Positions 38,700 to 51,875 of a DNA stretch of 64,000 bases are shown here, one piece after another. How positions within the stretch are numbered: position 1 is the first letter of the stretch; each line of letters begins with the position of its first letter. This DNA comes from Phoronis australis. Its lineage: Eukaryota; Animalia; Phoronida. A model generated the notes under the pieces. The model made no database searches. It had not been told where the DNA came from and saw only the letters and a program-made list of their open reading frames with translations. The DNA is taken from the NCBI GenBank assembly GCA_002633005.1, contig NMRA01000321.1, positions 182,724 through 246,723 on the forward strand, written 5' to 3'. A program made the position numbers and the translations under genes.

Positions 38700-39742
38700 G
38701 TTAATGCATACTGGGGTGTACTTGCTATCGTCTCACGAGCTCTTTGGGTATGCTGTTACATCGCTTTGCGAAAGATGACATAACTGAGAACTGCATTTTT
38801 GAAGCCAGAAGCCTCGCGAGTTTTGGCCTCTACAATGACTGGAGGCCCTTCATCTACAGTCACCTGTGTTTCCAAAGGTATCTCCTGAGCGTGCAATTCC
38901 GGGAACTAGAAGTCATTTGCCCTGTGCTGGTGTTGTCGCCAGACAAGAGCCTGCAAGCAGCCCTTCAGCGATGTTGAGTAGTTGGAGTGAATCATTGAGG
39001 TCCAGCTTACACCTGGTGAGGAGGATAGTTTGTTGTGTAATGAACAAGCCAGTGAGCCAGTGATCCAAACGTTGATTAGTTTATTGTGTACTTGACTAAA
39101 GTATTGGAGGTGCCAGAAGGTGCTAGGCGACGGAGTCACGCTTTATTATGTAAGCGCTTTGGGTGCTCATGTCACCGTCCAATGGGAATAGGATAGGCAT
39201 TCCATCGAGTTTGGTATAACAGTGCCTACCTTGTATTTGCACTAAGACTTCTCACCACGTCTGTCCCCAGTCTCTGACTCATACCTCTCATATCTGTCTG
39301 GACGTATTCTGCCTCCCTATAGTACGGCTGAAACATAAATCCACTCACTGACTGTTCGTGAAAAAAATCCTCATCAATATTGCTATGAACAACGTCTCCG
39401 TCACTGTGTCTGTGATATGGCTCGCCGGCTCCTGCCATTTCCAGGCTTACAAACTGAACGATTCTTAAATACAACGTAATTGAGTTATCTGACAACATAG
39501 CTTATTGTTGGATACTAGTTGTTGGGAAGTGATGATGACAATTTTGGAAACAACAGTGGAACAGATCCTCGAACTCAGTTTCAAAATGGCGGGAATTTAT
39601 TAAACCCTAAACGTCACTTCTATAGTCGTGCTCGCATAACCAACAAAATTACTGGAACCGGTAACTAACTAAGACATAAATCTGAGATAATTAACGAACC
39701 GTGTTTTCACTAAAAATGACATAAAAACGTTGTCTTCTCTTT
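38700..39742. mobile_element. Second Kolobok-like family, decayed
   Basis: Plus strand: THAP-like CILGCTC..LLHRFAKD (from 38705) and WRCQKV..LGAHVTVQWE (~39105-39190). Convergent minus-strand acidic ORF ..DEDFF..SGFMFQPYY.. (39230-39440). Ends tgtcttctctt|ttaa. Confidence 0.45.
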
Positions 39743-40699
39743 TAAAGATTTCCCACCATCTCCCTGTGTCTCAAAACTAATTTTATTATTCCATCTTTAC
39801 AGATTTAATAGCCTTTAGTACACCTGTTGTTACGAAACCAACCAAAAATTTTAAAAATATATTTTTCTGTTTGTTCGGAATGTGTGGAAGACCGCCTCCG
39901 CCGTTGTTGGTTTACCAGTGCGATACTGAGGAGTTGTGAAGAAAGTCCGCGGAGAGACGCCTTTTTCAGAGGTGCGTTTGTGGAAACTGTGGTAACAACA
40001 ACTTGACTGAGAACGTATCTGTGTTCAAATTTCCTAATTACGTGAAAGTTGCACAGAAATGGCATCGGTTTGTCATGGGCGGCGCACAATAGAGGGCTGG
40101 GGGAGGGCTATAGCCCCACGTTTTCGGTGCTAAGTCGCCCATGGTTTATAGGCGGGGCACCACAGGGGAGCTGGGGGGCTTTAGCCCCCACTTTTTTCAG
40201 TGCTGCGCCGCGAGTGAGGAGTGTCAGTGCGGAAGCCACACTTTGATCGACACATTTCAAAGAATCGTGTTTTGACCACACACATAAGCGGCGTTACAAT
40301 GAAGGACACGCCACCAAGTAAGTGCATTTCCAAGTTTTGTAAATAACGAACAAACTGCTTCCATTCTAGGGCGAGTAATGCCAGGTACTGGATCAAGTAG
40401 GCGTATGCACATTGTGTTTAGACGGTGCTCATTCCATCATGGCAATAGTGAATACAAGTAACCCAGGTTTACTGTGACCTTTTTCAGTAATTATTAAGTG
40501 TCTATTTTGTGAATATTGACCACCACTTGGTCGAGATGGTTGGTGCTCACATATGTCTCCGGCATTTCTCGTGCAAGCGGGTCGAGTTCATACGGCCAGA
40601 AAGCCCACGAAAGTTCGCGAAATGGGAAATTGAATTCAATGTTTGATTTGTCAAGTACTTAAGTGTGATGCCCGTATCCACTCTCCTTTCTGTCTTGCA

Positions 40700-42600
40700 T
40701 AATAATTGTCCAATTCTCGCCAAATATCGTCCTTGTCTTCTAACCTGCAGTGTTCCTACTTGCAAATGATTGTCAAGCGGCCAACCATCTTCCACCCATT
40801 GCATCATTTGGCGGGAAACTTAGAAATAAGTAATTTTTGTTCAAAATTAAAAGATTTGCGACTCTTTTGCATAAAAAGTGCCTATTTAGTAAGATGTTAT
40901 GGTATTCGATTCATAATAGCAAACTGAACCCTGAATAAGTAAGAAAATGCATGATGGGAACTCTTTAAGTTTCCTATTTTTAAGAGCATGTATGAAGCTT
41001 CGTCTACTTAACAAAAGACTACATAAGCCTCCTGATACAGACCATTTCCTGTTATTGTATCTAAGTGGACCTTTATCTACAAAATGCATTTACTTAATAG
41101 TCTCTTTTAGAAGTGGAACAAGCCTCTGCCCTGTTTCTTTCCCAGCTCAGAAGGCAATGCTGATCACTGGTTGGTTCCATCCTCCTTTGGATATTCGGAA
41201 TAATGCAATCCTTTGCTTGCGATGATCCAACTACGTGTAGTCCTCCTTCTAACGTTTGATATCGAAGCCTACCTAATTAGATAACCAGCTTGTTTTCGAA
41301 AAACAACAAGGCAATATATTTTGATTGGACACTGAACATTGAAAACACCCTGCTTTGGATTTCTGTAATAACGCAATCCTTTGTTTGTAATGCTCCAACT
41401 ACGTGTAGACCTTCATCTTAGGTTTGATATCGTAATTAGACAACCAACTCATTTTCAAAGAATAGGCAATACATTCTGTTAGGATCCCAAATCTTGAAAA
41501 CTGTAAGCTTCACCTAATACCTAAGTCGTTTTCCACGATTTCTCTAATAAAGCGTAAGTTCTCTTGTACTAGTATTTTCCCATGGATCGCCTCTGGCAAT
41601 TATTTTAGTTAAACAATCATGTATATGATACGTGCTATTTCTTGTACATACAACACATTTGGCTGGCGTGCTCGTTAAAGCAAATGTGCCGCGTCTCTCA
41701 GACAATATGGGTTTCAAGTTTTATCTTTCAACATTTGAAATCCTTGCAAGAGATTGAGAATAAATCCATCCATATACATGTACGTATTATTAGAATACCA
41801 ATAGACTTGTCTCGTTAGTTGTTTGTGAACGTACAATGTTTAGGATCTTACAGCAAAAATATACATCCTTATATATTACATGTATATTGTACCGTAGTTG
41901 CATTGTATATGGTTATACACTTTCGAAATATTGCATTTTTTCATCGACGAACCAATTAAACAACAAATTATTGGTTTGCTAACAGTTGTTCCACTGTATT
42001 TTATAAAAATCGTAACATGTATTTTCTAATGACAATTTCGATACCGGACAATTTTAAAGGACCCAGTGACGTAACAGTTGCAGTCACTGACACTGACTAC
42101 GACCGCAGTGAGAACGAAAGGGTAGGGATGTACAGGCGTGTAGCAAGTTGTCTTGAATAGAACGAATATTTCACGAGTTAAGGAGAATTGTTAGTGCACC
42201 ATTTAAACCTTCCTGGGTACCGGGGATGGCAGAAAAAAATACAACTGATCACGTGCATGTTTGAAACATGTGTTTGTTGCGGACATTCGATTTAAGCAAA
42301 TGCACATCAATCGATATCAATTATTCGAGTACGTGTACGTATCAGGAAACCACTGAAACAGTGTTTGCTCTATGGGAGGTTATATTTCGTGAATGCTTTT
42401 GAAGGGACCTTAACGACTATATGAGGATGATCGATTTCTGAGATCAGCTTCAGCCCAGCACCGACCCTATCGCCCTCTTGGCTGCATTCTACAACGTTTA
42501 GCTGTCGACGATATATAACACACCATTTTCATCTACATGCAATTAAACTATTTAAATCTCGGACCTTGATGTCAGCAAATAGCCCCGACGAATCATTTGA
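40700..42600 (+). pseudogene. Possible heavily decayed leucine-rich-repeat gene
   Basis: Scattered LRR-like words (IFHPLHHL, LDIRNNAI, LDFCNNAI, LNYLNL) and a ~168-bp tandem duplication at 41185-41460; many stops. Confidence 0.3.
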
Positions 42601-42715
42601 ACAACGAAGTCGGCAGGTCTATCTTTGCTTGCTCTGGACAAGCGCTCGACTCCAAATAGAAATAATATTACTGATTAGGTCAACAACCATCTCAGTATTG
42701 CTTGTCAGTAGAAAA

Positions 42716-42905
42716 GGCATTGTCGCCTAGTGTGATAGGTGCCCACATTTTTGCTCCTTGGTCCACTCCGCTAAGCCTTGAGTCCTTTTTCTAAGTCCTT
42801 AGCTGGGATTTAAACATATATTGGTAGCACGTGACCAGTGCAATAGGCCCACATGCGCGATCTGCGCACGTCTGGTACAACGTGTATTAGTCTGCCTGTA
42901 ATTAC
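42716..42905 (+). mobile_element. Degraded copy of the tRNA-SINE
   Basis: 3' domain gtgaccagtgcaataggcccacatgcg..gtctggtacaacgtgtattag, plus a degenerate head. Confidence 0.7.
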
Positions 42906-43389
42906 TTTCATACTGTGTGTCAGTTCATAGACAGAACGCTGAACCAATTACTGACGGCAGTGAGTATGACTTATACTTTTTTCAGGTTTCATAAACAAAC
43001 ATCTTAGATGCATACTATATTATGTCTTACATGATACATGTATTAGTATGAGATTAATCAGAAGGACCAAAACGTCTGAAAGTTGTACCTTGCTTTGTTG
43101 TCAATTGCAAAAGAGTGAAGCCAGTCCATTAGATTTGACATTTTCCCGGCTATACACTTGACGGTTGAATAGTCCCTAAGAAAAGAAAGACGTCTTCGCC
43201 GAGCGTTATCCAAATCACCTCACTCTTCTCTGACGAGTGAATTACATAACATTGAAAACAGAGTTTTGTAAGACACCATATTCTGGACGCAGCCGATAAT
43301 TTTTCCATCTTCAGTGCACAAATAAATAGTTCTTTCACAACTAATTTTGATACACCCAACTCAAAATGACCATTATGAAACGCTTTTAA

Positions 43390-45418
43390 TTACAGACTAT
43401 ATATTCTTTAAAGTAAAACTCAATTTAAAACTGTAAAGGAACCCCACAAAAGATAGTTGACGGAGTTAGCGGGTCACTTAGCAACCCATGTAAAAGGGTC
43501 ACACTTGCTGGAAAGATTCCTCTTAATTACATGTTCCTTCACCTTTCAATTTCAGAACTGACAAGTCATGCAACAGGCCTGTCCCAGATTACACAGCGTC
43601 ATTCGAATCTCGTTGTATGTACATGTATACAAAATGCCGCGAGCATCTGCCATGCAAGATTCCTGACTCGTTTTCGTGCGTTTGGAGTGTCACGTGCCAA
43701 CGAAGTACTACTGCTGTGCTGTCGGCTTCATCTCCGATTTGAGAAAGATCGATAAACTTGAGACAAATACCCGTTGATGCGTGACGTGAAATCCTTCGCC
43801 TTCCCGACGTCAACGAGAGACATTTAAATTTGCCTATGCCCGAAATGACATCACGAGCTTTCTTATCTGCGTTAGAAAGAAAAGTTCTATGCCTGTGAAA
43901 TCCAAAACGGTCATTGAATACATGTATATACCTTCACGTCGCTGCCGTGACTTCTCCAGAAAGGTTGCTAAGGAGAGAACATTCCTATAATCATTCCTAA
44001 GGAACTGTTCAACGTATCACGGCACATAACGATCAGCACACTAGTGCAAATCCCCACAGAAACCTTTTTCATTCTTAATCAGAATGACAGTTTGACCAAT
44101 TTTACTTCGTTTCTTCACATTCAATACCTTCAGAATCCGAAATTATTTACAATGTTGAAGCTTTGGTTGCAACATGGCAAAAGGTCAAAAGGACGGCTTC
44201 CCAAGAATGTCTGTCGAGCGTTTAAGGAGGTACATGTACATGTAGAAATAACGGGATTTCAAGAACAACGTGACTTGTTCCCTGGGGGGGCTTTCAGCAT
44301 ATGGTTGCTTTTTTCTAGTATATTTCATGCGCGCACCCAGACTTTAATATTTTAATATGGGGGGGGGCTCGAATTTCTGGCGATGTGGAACTTTTGCTGA
44401 CAAAAAACTGAGCGGGAGGACTAAAAAACGGGGTACCGCCTTCACTTTGCGTCTGCTCATTTTTAGTGGACTTTTGTCTCGTGTTCTCGGATTTTTTGTT
44501 TCTCTAAGGCGGACCTTTTTGCCCCCTTAGCCAAATGTGAGGGCCTGTTCGAGTTCCCGAGCCCCCCGGGTGCGCGCATATTATGAAATATTTTACAGAC
44601 TATTATTTAAAGTAAAATTCAATATTCAGGAATCCCCAAAGCGGTAGTTGACGGAGTTAGCAGGTTACATGTATTTAGCAACCTCTGCAAAAGGGTCACA
44701 CTTTTGGCACGATTCCCCTAAAATGCCATCACTTCATATTTTCAGGACTGAGAAGTCATTCTTACAAGGCTGTCCCAGATTACACAGCGAGCGACGTTTG
44801 TACCTCGCTCTACTTACCCACAATGCCGTAAACATCCGTCGGTCACATTTGCTCCCTCGTTTTCGTGTCATTGAGGTTTCACACGTTATTTGTTCGTATC
44901 TGATTATTTACAGTTTTTTTTTCTCGGTTGCTGCTCTGTCCGTACGTCCAATGCCAACGAAGTATTACGCAGGTGCTGTGGGCTGCACGACGTGAGAAAG
45001 TCTGATAAACTGGACAAAAATCCGTGGATGCGTGATGTGAAATTCTTCGTCATCTCGACATTAACGAAAGACACGAAAATGTGCCTGAGTTCCAAAATGA
45101 GGTGACGCACTTACATGTATCTCCGTGCTATCGCCGTATAATCCAGGACCGTCCTATTACCTTCACGTTGCCGCTGTGCTTTCTTCAGGCGGCTTGCTAA
45201 GTAGAAAATATTCCTATAACCGTTCCTAAGAAACTGTTCAAATTTTGCCACCACATCATAAAATGATCAGCATCCTCCAAAGTCCCAACGTGGCAGGTTT
45301 CATTCTCTAATCAAAGTCAGTTTGAGCAATTTTACCCTGTATCTTCACATTTCATACCTGCACATTGCAAAGGACTCCGAAATTACCTACAATTTTGAAG
45401 CGTTGGTTGCAACATGGT
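43390..45418 (+). repeat. Diverged ~800-bp tandem duplication (43390-44177 and 44593-45418), possibly decayed coding sequence
   Basis: Colinear shared blocks: tagttgacggagttagc, aaaagggtcacactt, tgtcccagattacacagcg, gatgcgtga.gtgaaat, ttggttgcaacatgg. Confidence 0.85.
44326..44580. mobile_element. MITE with CATG(C/G)GCGCACC termini
   Basis: catgcgcgcaccc..gggtgcgcgcata; a relative in opposite orientation lies at ~50455-50675. Confidence 0.6.
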
Positions 45419-47754
45419 ATCTCTTCCTGTAGGCTTGTCGGAGGCCTATCGACTTCAAAAGCATTGCGATAAATATAACTACAGTTGACAAAACGCGTGG
45501 ATTTCGTTGAGCGGAGTGGTCCGCCATCTTGCTGATGAACCATGTTTATCGAGATGTGTGTGTACTGTGTATTCTCTAGGAACTAATATTGGTAACAACA
45601 CGGGATTTCTAGTAAAAACTCATAGCTTTAATGTTAGGATCATCAAGTGCAAAGTAGGATTTTTAGAAAATCATCCAAGACAATCATTGGATACTTGAAC
45701 ACAGAATTAAAGGGTCTTTAAGTGTTAAAACACTTATCTTTAGTTACAGCAGAAAACATCAAAAATAAAGTTTGACTTCTGGTATTAGACCCATAATCGC
45801 TGATTTTTTGGTCTTTCGAAGCTTAAAAATTGAAACTGAAATAGAATGATTTTGTGAGTGAGAATACGATTTCAGAAACAATACTGTTCAACTTCATTTG
45901 GTCCCTAGAACACCCATTAAAGTCGAGTCGTTGTCTTTTACCTGACTTGTTCTTAGTCCGATGTGGAAATAATGACCTTGTGTTTTCTCCAAGATTTTTT
46001 TTTTCTAGAAACGAAGAAGCACCGAAACTCACTACAAGATTAATTTTTGGGAAGTTTTACAAAGTGAACACCAATTCGAAGATTCATTAAATATAGCCAG
46101 GTTATTGGGAACTGGGCAGGATCGAAGGAAGGGATACTGCAAGAATACTACACCCCACAATGCTAGTTTGGGACTGCAAATGTGTGGTTTCTGCTGATTT
46201 CACTGAGATGGGACAAATGTTATATAAACTGGCAAGCTATTAAAATCTGCAACTGTCTTGCTTGAGAAAAATCATCATTTTGATATTCTGTCCTCTTTAT
46301 GGTCTTCTGATTATCACAGTGTACATGTACATGTATCAATGCCTGGGTATGTAGGACAGGGCAGGTAGAGTTTACGACCATTGAGTTTTGTTATATATAA
46401 ATGTACTAGTAACATAAATGTGTGCCTGCAAATGTCAGATCCATCTGAATTGAGGGATTAAATTAGAGTAGGTTGAAATCTGACAGTTGGTTGAAATCTG
46501 ACATTTGCTGAAGTGAAGTGCATGTACCAGTACGGTACAGTAACTCTGTACCAACCAGACTTTTCCGACTGTCACGGTGTGATTTTACTGCGTGATGGTG
46601 ATATTTTTGAAATATGAATTAAATGTAAACTTAATTGTTTGAAAGGGTTACAGTATCTCATTGTGTTGTTTCTGTGTGGACATCTTTTGTTGTTCTTGTG
46701 TGTGCTTGTTATAAACAGAAAAAAATCTGCGATTCCGCACATTATGTGCAGATAAAATGGGCACATTGGTTGGTGTTGAAATAATACTCAAAAATTAATA
46801 ATGCGCACGTCTTTTGAAAACTGTAGTTCCTCTAAAATACATTGCAGCCGGCGTGTTGTTTTACAACAGAGACTATGACACATCTGTCTCAACTGTGAGA
46901 CCATGTCGTTTCAAACTGTACAAATTATCTGTTCACCAAGCCAAGATGAATTAGGTGCTAGGACAAGTAATACATAAGACAATTTAGCAAGAGCGTGGGG
47001 GAAATATTGAGTTTATTAACTAACCCCGGTAATTATCATGCGGCTGGAACAGTATTTAACATGGACAGTTGTAGTTTGTGTGTGGGTGTGTACGTGTGTG
47101 TGGGTGGATCAGACCCTATTGCAAGTGTCCGAGCCAGACCATCGTTTTCCCGTTTTTTTAGTCCTCCGTTTGTTTTTCAGTGAAAGGTTCACAATCTCAG
47201 AAATTTGAGCCCCCTATATTTTGGGCTGGATGACCGACACAGAGTGTTGCCCCCCCTTATCAGTGATATCCTAGATCTGCCACTGTAATACTAGATAGTT
47301 ACCAAAATTATCATTGAAGTAATGTTCCTTGAGACAACTCAGCACCCTTTACTTGCGTTTTATTTCTTTTTTGCATATTGATGTAATTGTTATTCCTTGG
47401 TACATGTATAAACTTGAAGTAGGCAATTCCAATCACCTTTCGAGAACGGGTTTGTGCAAATGCTAACTTCGGACCTCCGGCTTCGGCCGCTCAAGCAAAG
47501 GTGTTTTCAGGCACACGCGGCTAACCGATGTATATGTGCGTGTCTTACCAACCACTACAGGGTGTTTTTGGTGTCAGTGGTGCATTCTTCCTTTTTCATT
47601 GAAATACTTAATGTCAACTTATCAGTTTCTATAACTCTATCCTTTTACAAAATTTTGCTCCGAATTTTTATTCAAATTCACCTATGCCCTCAGTTCCGAA
47701 TGTGCACATGTACACAAATGACTGTACTTCGGGAGCAAGTTTTCTGTTATACAG

Positions 47755-49092
47755 AATTACTCCATTAAATGTCGTGAGGATTTTATTGACATTTTGCGCA
47801 CACAAGTGCCATCCCCCCACTACCAACCTATGTCGCTTGACGCTGAGTCTTTGTTCACCAACGTGCCGGTGGATGAGACCATTACTATCATTTTGGATAA
47901 TGTATACCGTCACCCACATTTAAAGCCACCCGACATTTCACCTACTCATTTGAGAGAGTTGTTAACCATCTGCACAACCAAAGTACCATTTCGCCATATA
48001 AATGGGAAATTGTTTTTGCAAAAAGATGGTGTGAGCATGGGCTCTCCTCTGGGTCCCACTTTCTCGGAATTTTATATGTCTGAAGTGGAAAAGAGGGCTA
48101 GCAATGTGATTGGTGGTATTCCTATCTATGTACGTTATGTAGATGATATTTTTGTTTATTGTGCCTTTGATGACTTGTTATCAGTACGTGATGAACTTGA
48201 GCGCCACTCTGTATTGAAGTTTACCCACGAGCTTCCTGTAAATGACAAGATTCCGTTTTTGGACGTTCTTGTGAACCATTCTCCGTCTGAATTTTCTACA
48301 TCAGTTTACCACAAGCCCACTGATAAAGGTTTCTGTCTCCACGCCAAAAGTGAGTGCCCTGAGCGGTATAAGGTCGCCGTTGTGGTCAACTTCCTAAAGA
48401 GGGCGTATTCGGTGTCGTCTAACTGGCTATTGTTCAATCAAGAGGTAGATCGCATAAGACAAACACTGGTGAATAATGGGTATACCAATGCTTTCGTGGA
48501 CTTCCATATTAAGCGATTTATGTCCAGAATTAGCTATGAAGTCCCTGCACGTCGGACTGGTGTCACCAAAAAGATATTTTACAAAAATGTCATGTCTAAT
48601 AATTACCTCCAGGACGAACACGCCATTAAGAAAATCATAAGGGACAACGTTAAAGTTTGTAAGCCTGATGATTACCTTGATGTTATTATTTATTATCGGA
48701 ATAGGAAGTCCTCCAACTTGGTCATGAAAAATAACATTTCTAAAGCGAAAGTCCGCCCCGTTGCACAGTGTAGTGTTGTTTATGAATTTGTATGCCCTAT
48801 GAATGAATGTCTTCGTTCAAACGTCAAACAATGTTACATTGGTCAAACGGTTTGCAGTCTTTCCCGTCGGTTATCCATGCATCTTCAAAATGGCGCCATT
48901 CAAGATCATTTTCTGCAATACCACGCACGTAAAATCACCCGTCAAGAAATTGTGGAAAACACGTCAATTCGCTACGTGGAGCAAGATGTGCTGCGTTTGA
49001 AAGTATTAGAGTCCCTTTTAATTGCTTTTGAGAAGCCTATTTTGAATGAGCAGCAAACAGGGTCGCGCCGCACGTTACACTTGTTTGCGTGA
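47755..49092 (+). CDS. Penelope-like retroelement (Naiad-like) RT plus C-terminal GIY-YIG endonuclease; 5'-truncated, uninterrupted frame
   Basis: RT motifs SLDAESLFTNVP, QKDGVSMGSPLGPTFSEFYM and YVRYVDD. Endonuclease VVYEFVCPMNEC..YIGQT..LSRRLSMH..H..LESLLI..KPILN. The frame extends upstream to NYSIKCREDFIDIL. Confidence 0.92.
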   Translation, partial: NYSIKCREDFIDILRTQVPSPHYQPMSLDAESLFTNVPVDETITIILDNVYRHPHLKPPDISPTHLRELLTICTTKVPFRHINGKLFLQKDGVSMGSPLGPTFSEFYMSEVEKRASNVIGGIPIYVRYVDDIFVYCAFDDLLSVRDELERHSVLKFTHELPVNDKIPFLDVLVNHSPSEFSTSVYHKPTDKGFCLHAKSECPERYKVAVVVNFLKRAYSVSSNWLLFNQEVDRIRQTLVNNGYTNAFVDFHIKRFMSRISYEVPARRTGVTKKIFYKNVMSNNYLQDEHAIKKIIRDNVKVCKPDDYLDVIIYYRNRKSSNLVMKNNISKAKVRPVAQCSVVYEFVCPMNECLRSNVKQCYIGQTVCSLSRRLSMHLQNGAIQDHFLQYHARKITRQEIVENTSIRYVEQDVLRLKVLESLLIAFEKPILNEQQTGSRRTLHLFA

Positions 49093-49208
49093 CTTTCCTG
49101 TTACCCTAATTCTTTAGTCATTCTTTGCAGTATTTCACACCCGCCGTGTCTCACTGTGTGTGTCGTCAGCTTATACTCTGTGGTGGCATTACTGCGTCAT
49201 TTTATCTT

Positions 49209-49246
49209 CACTTGAGAATGAAACAAGTATGTTTCGAAATATCGTG
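49209..49246 (+). ncRNA. Minimal type I hammerhead ribozyme (U3-A8 core variant) in the PLE 3' region
   Basis: cac-UUGAGAA-u-gaaac[aaguau]guuuc-GAAA-ua-UC-gug: short stem I, 5-bp stem II and palindromic AUAU in place of stem III. Confidence 0.7.
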
Positions 49247-50979
49247 TGTCTTTTTAATTATGTCGCTAGGTCAGTTACTGTATCTATGTTCAGTAGAGAG
49301 TAGAGTTTTGTTCAGAAAGTATGAACGCAACGGAATAAAGACCGTGAAAAATGAAAAGTGTCGTGTATTCAACAAATTCTGTATGTACACAAATATGTAC
49401 AGTTCCATTGCTTAATTGCTGCATACAATGACACGACTTCACATGCACGCATTCTGCGGTTTTTATGCTCATCGATTTCCATGGGTTTCTACTATTTTTT
49501 CTACCTAAAGTTCAAGTGTTTCTCACAAACGCATGCCTCGAATCTTTTCGTTAGAATAAATCATGTGGCGTCGGGTCAAGGAATTTTTAGACCCAAACTA
49601 AAAACTTGGGGAATACAGTATTGTAATGGCGCGCCGGAGGAGCGGCCCCTTTGACAGCTGATCGTCTTGTCGGTTTATAAACAATGAAAAATTCGTACTA
49701 TACAATTATAGCGACGAGAAATGTTAATCATGCAGGTGTATAATATCATTTTCTAAACTTTATACATTTCAGTGATTGTTTTATCGACTAAGCCGGCAAA
49801 ACCTACCAGGCCCTAACAGCACTCCTTGATAGTTTCAGCCAACGCCTTAGGAATTTTGTCTTTGCAATGGAAGGGTCAAATATTTACATTGCTCTATGTT
49901 ACCACAATTTTAAAACCTCGTTAGTATTTAAAGTTTCAAATTTTATTCTGAAAATTCCCTGGCTTCCATAAGGCCACCGTGCTTTTGTTTAGGGGAAAGT
50001 TACTAGTTCGTATCACTTAAGGATACACCTCTCTGTACGTCAGGCTGAATTAGCCCCGGAATCGGAAGCTGTCCCATAGCCATTAGTGGCTTCACACGAA
50101 CAACCACACAATGTGATTTAGAAGAACAATGATAATGCTTTAGCTGCAAATCTCGGTTATAGAAAAGTCGACAAAAGTACGATTCGCGTGACCGGTTTTC
50201 TAATTCGTGCCTGTCAGACATTGGAGTCGTATCAGTGCTACTATTAATAAGTATGGGTATTTTCAATCAAAGATGAACAAGGAGACAGTGCAAACAGTTA
50301 ATCCCTTTATTGGCAACATAGAAATACATGAGAACAAACAACGTTTCCATGTGACTCGGGATCATGTTTCGCGTATTTACATGTACTCAGACCCATTCCA
50401 TGACGGCGATAGTTGGCTTTGGGATACCAAATAGCTCAGAAAGAGCGTTATAGTCATGGGCGCACCAGGGGGAGGGTTCGGAGGGGTCGAACGAGACGAG
50501 ACAGAAGTCCACAAAATCCCACAGGAAGTCGGCACGGATACACATTTCGTGGGCCTGAACCTAGTAGTCCCGTTTTTTTTTTCTTTTAGTCCTCATTGAT
50601 TTATTTTATTAAAAGGTCGGCACACCGAAAAACTCGAGCCCCCATACTTTAGGCTACACTGTAGGTGCGCGCATGAAATAACAATCTTTCATCCAATAGC
50701 TTTGAGACAGTTTTGCATATCTTCCGATGTCCAAGACGAAGGCGTTGGCATTTGCCTGAAAACAAAAAAGGAAATGAGTATTAAGAAGCAAGAAAAACAA
50801 CACATTTGCCTATGCAGTATCTACTTTTATCACGTTTTGTGTATCGTACCTCTCGGTTACATTTTTCGTACCCCGGGTACCATACCCGGGACCTGTCGTA
50901 GTACAACACTCGTGACACGGACCTAGTTTCAAACACGAGGGTTGAATATGTTTGGCTCGCGACTTAGCAATTAAAAATC

Positions 50980-51875
50980 ACATTATTGGTGATTTTTATT
51001 TAAAGTTTAATAATTTGGAAATTGAAAGAGTTCGTTCTTTCAATTTACTTGGTGTTACCATCATCGAAAACTTGTTATGGAGTCCACACATAAACAATTT
51101 GTTGAGAAAGATAAGCAGATTCTGAAACTTTGAAAACTATATATAATGGCCTTGTCCTTCCTCATTTTAATTATGGCATTCTGCTATGGGGCGGTGAACA
51201 TCATAGAATATTCAAATTACAGAAAAAGGTTATTCGCACTATTACCTCTAGTTATTTTAATGCCCATGCAGATCCTTTATTTAAGACTACACAGTTACTC
51301 AAAATAAAGGACTTGTATGTTGTTGCTATTATTACTTTTTTCTACAAATATGTTCATAATTACTTTCCTTCATTTTTAACACGTTCAATTTAATAACTCG
51401 TGGGTCTGTTCATGAACATTACACTAGGCAACGACATCTTTTAGATACTCCCTGTTGTACTGAATCATTTGCTGAAGATTCGGTTCGAAATGCCCTACCT
51501 CATATCATTAATAACCTTCCTGAAAGTGTCTCCCAAAAACTTTTTACCCATTCGTTATCCTCTGTTACAAATTATTTTAAGAATGTTTGTTTTGAAATTT
51601 ATGAACTTGAGTGCACTATTCCCAACTGCTTTGTGTGTAACTATTTTCGATAATCTCTCCCAGTCTTTACACAAGTAGTTTTAAAGTACATTATCACCTA
51701 ACTTTTATAGTTCTGCTTATCTGTATCGCTGTATTTTTTCTTTCTTATTATCTGGTGGCTCCATGGTCAGCGGACCTTTCGGGTCCTTCCGGAGTCTCCA
51801 TAAGCGTAAATCTGTATCAACTGTATTTTTTGTTTTTTGGCCTAAAGTGAATAAAGTGTATTACTACTACAACTA
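50980..51875 (+). mobile_element. 3' fragment of a LINE (CR1/L2/Daphne group)
   Basis: IERVRSFNLLGVTI..W..HI and LKTIYNGLVLPHFNYGILLWG..LQKKVIR..H.DPLFK. 3' stem-loop at 51755-51800, AATAAA at 51850 and a (TAC)n-like tail. Confidence 0.85.

Noticed and set aside
49090-49215. PLE TGA stop read as selenocysteine
   Set aside because: It falls after the complete endonuclease domain, the ORF has no internal in-frame TGA, and no SECIS was recognised.
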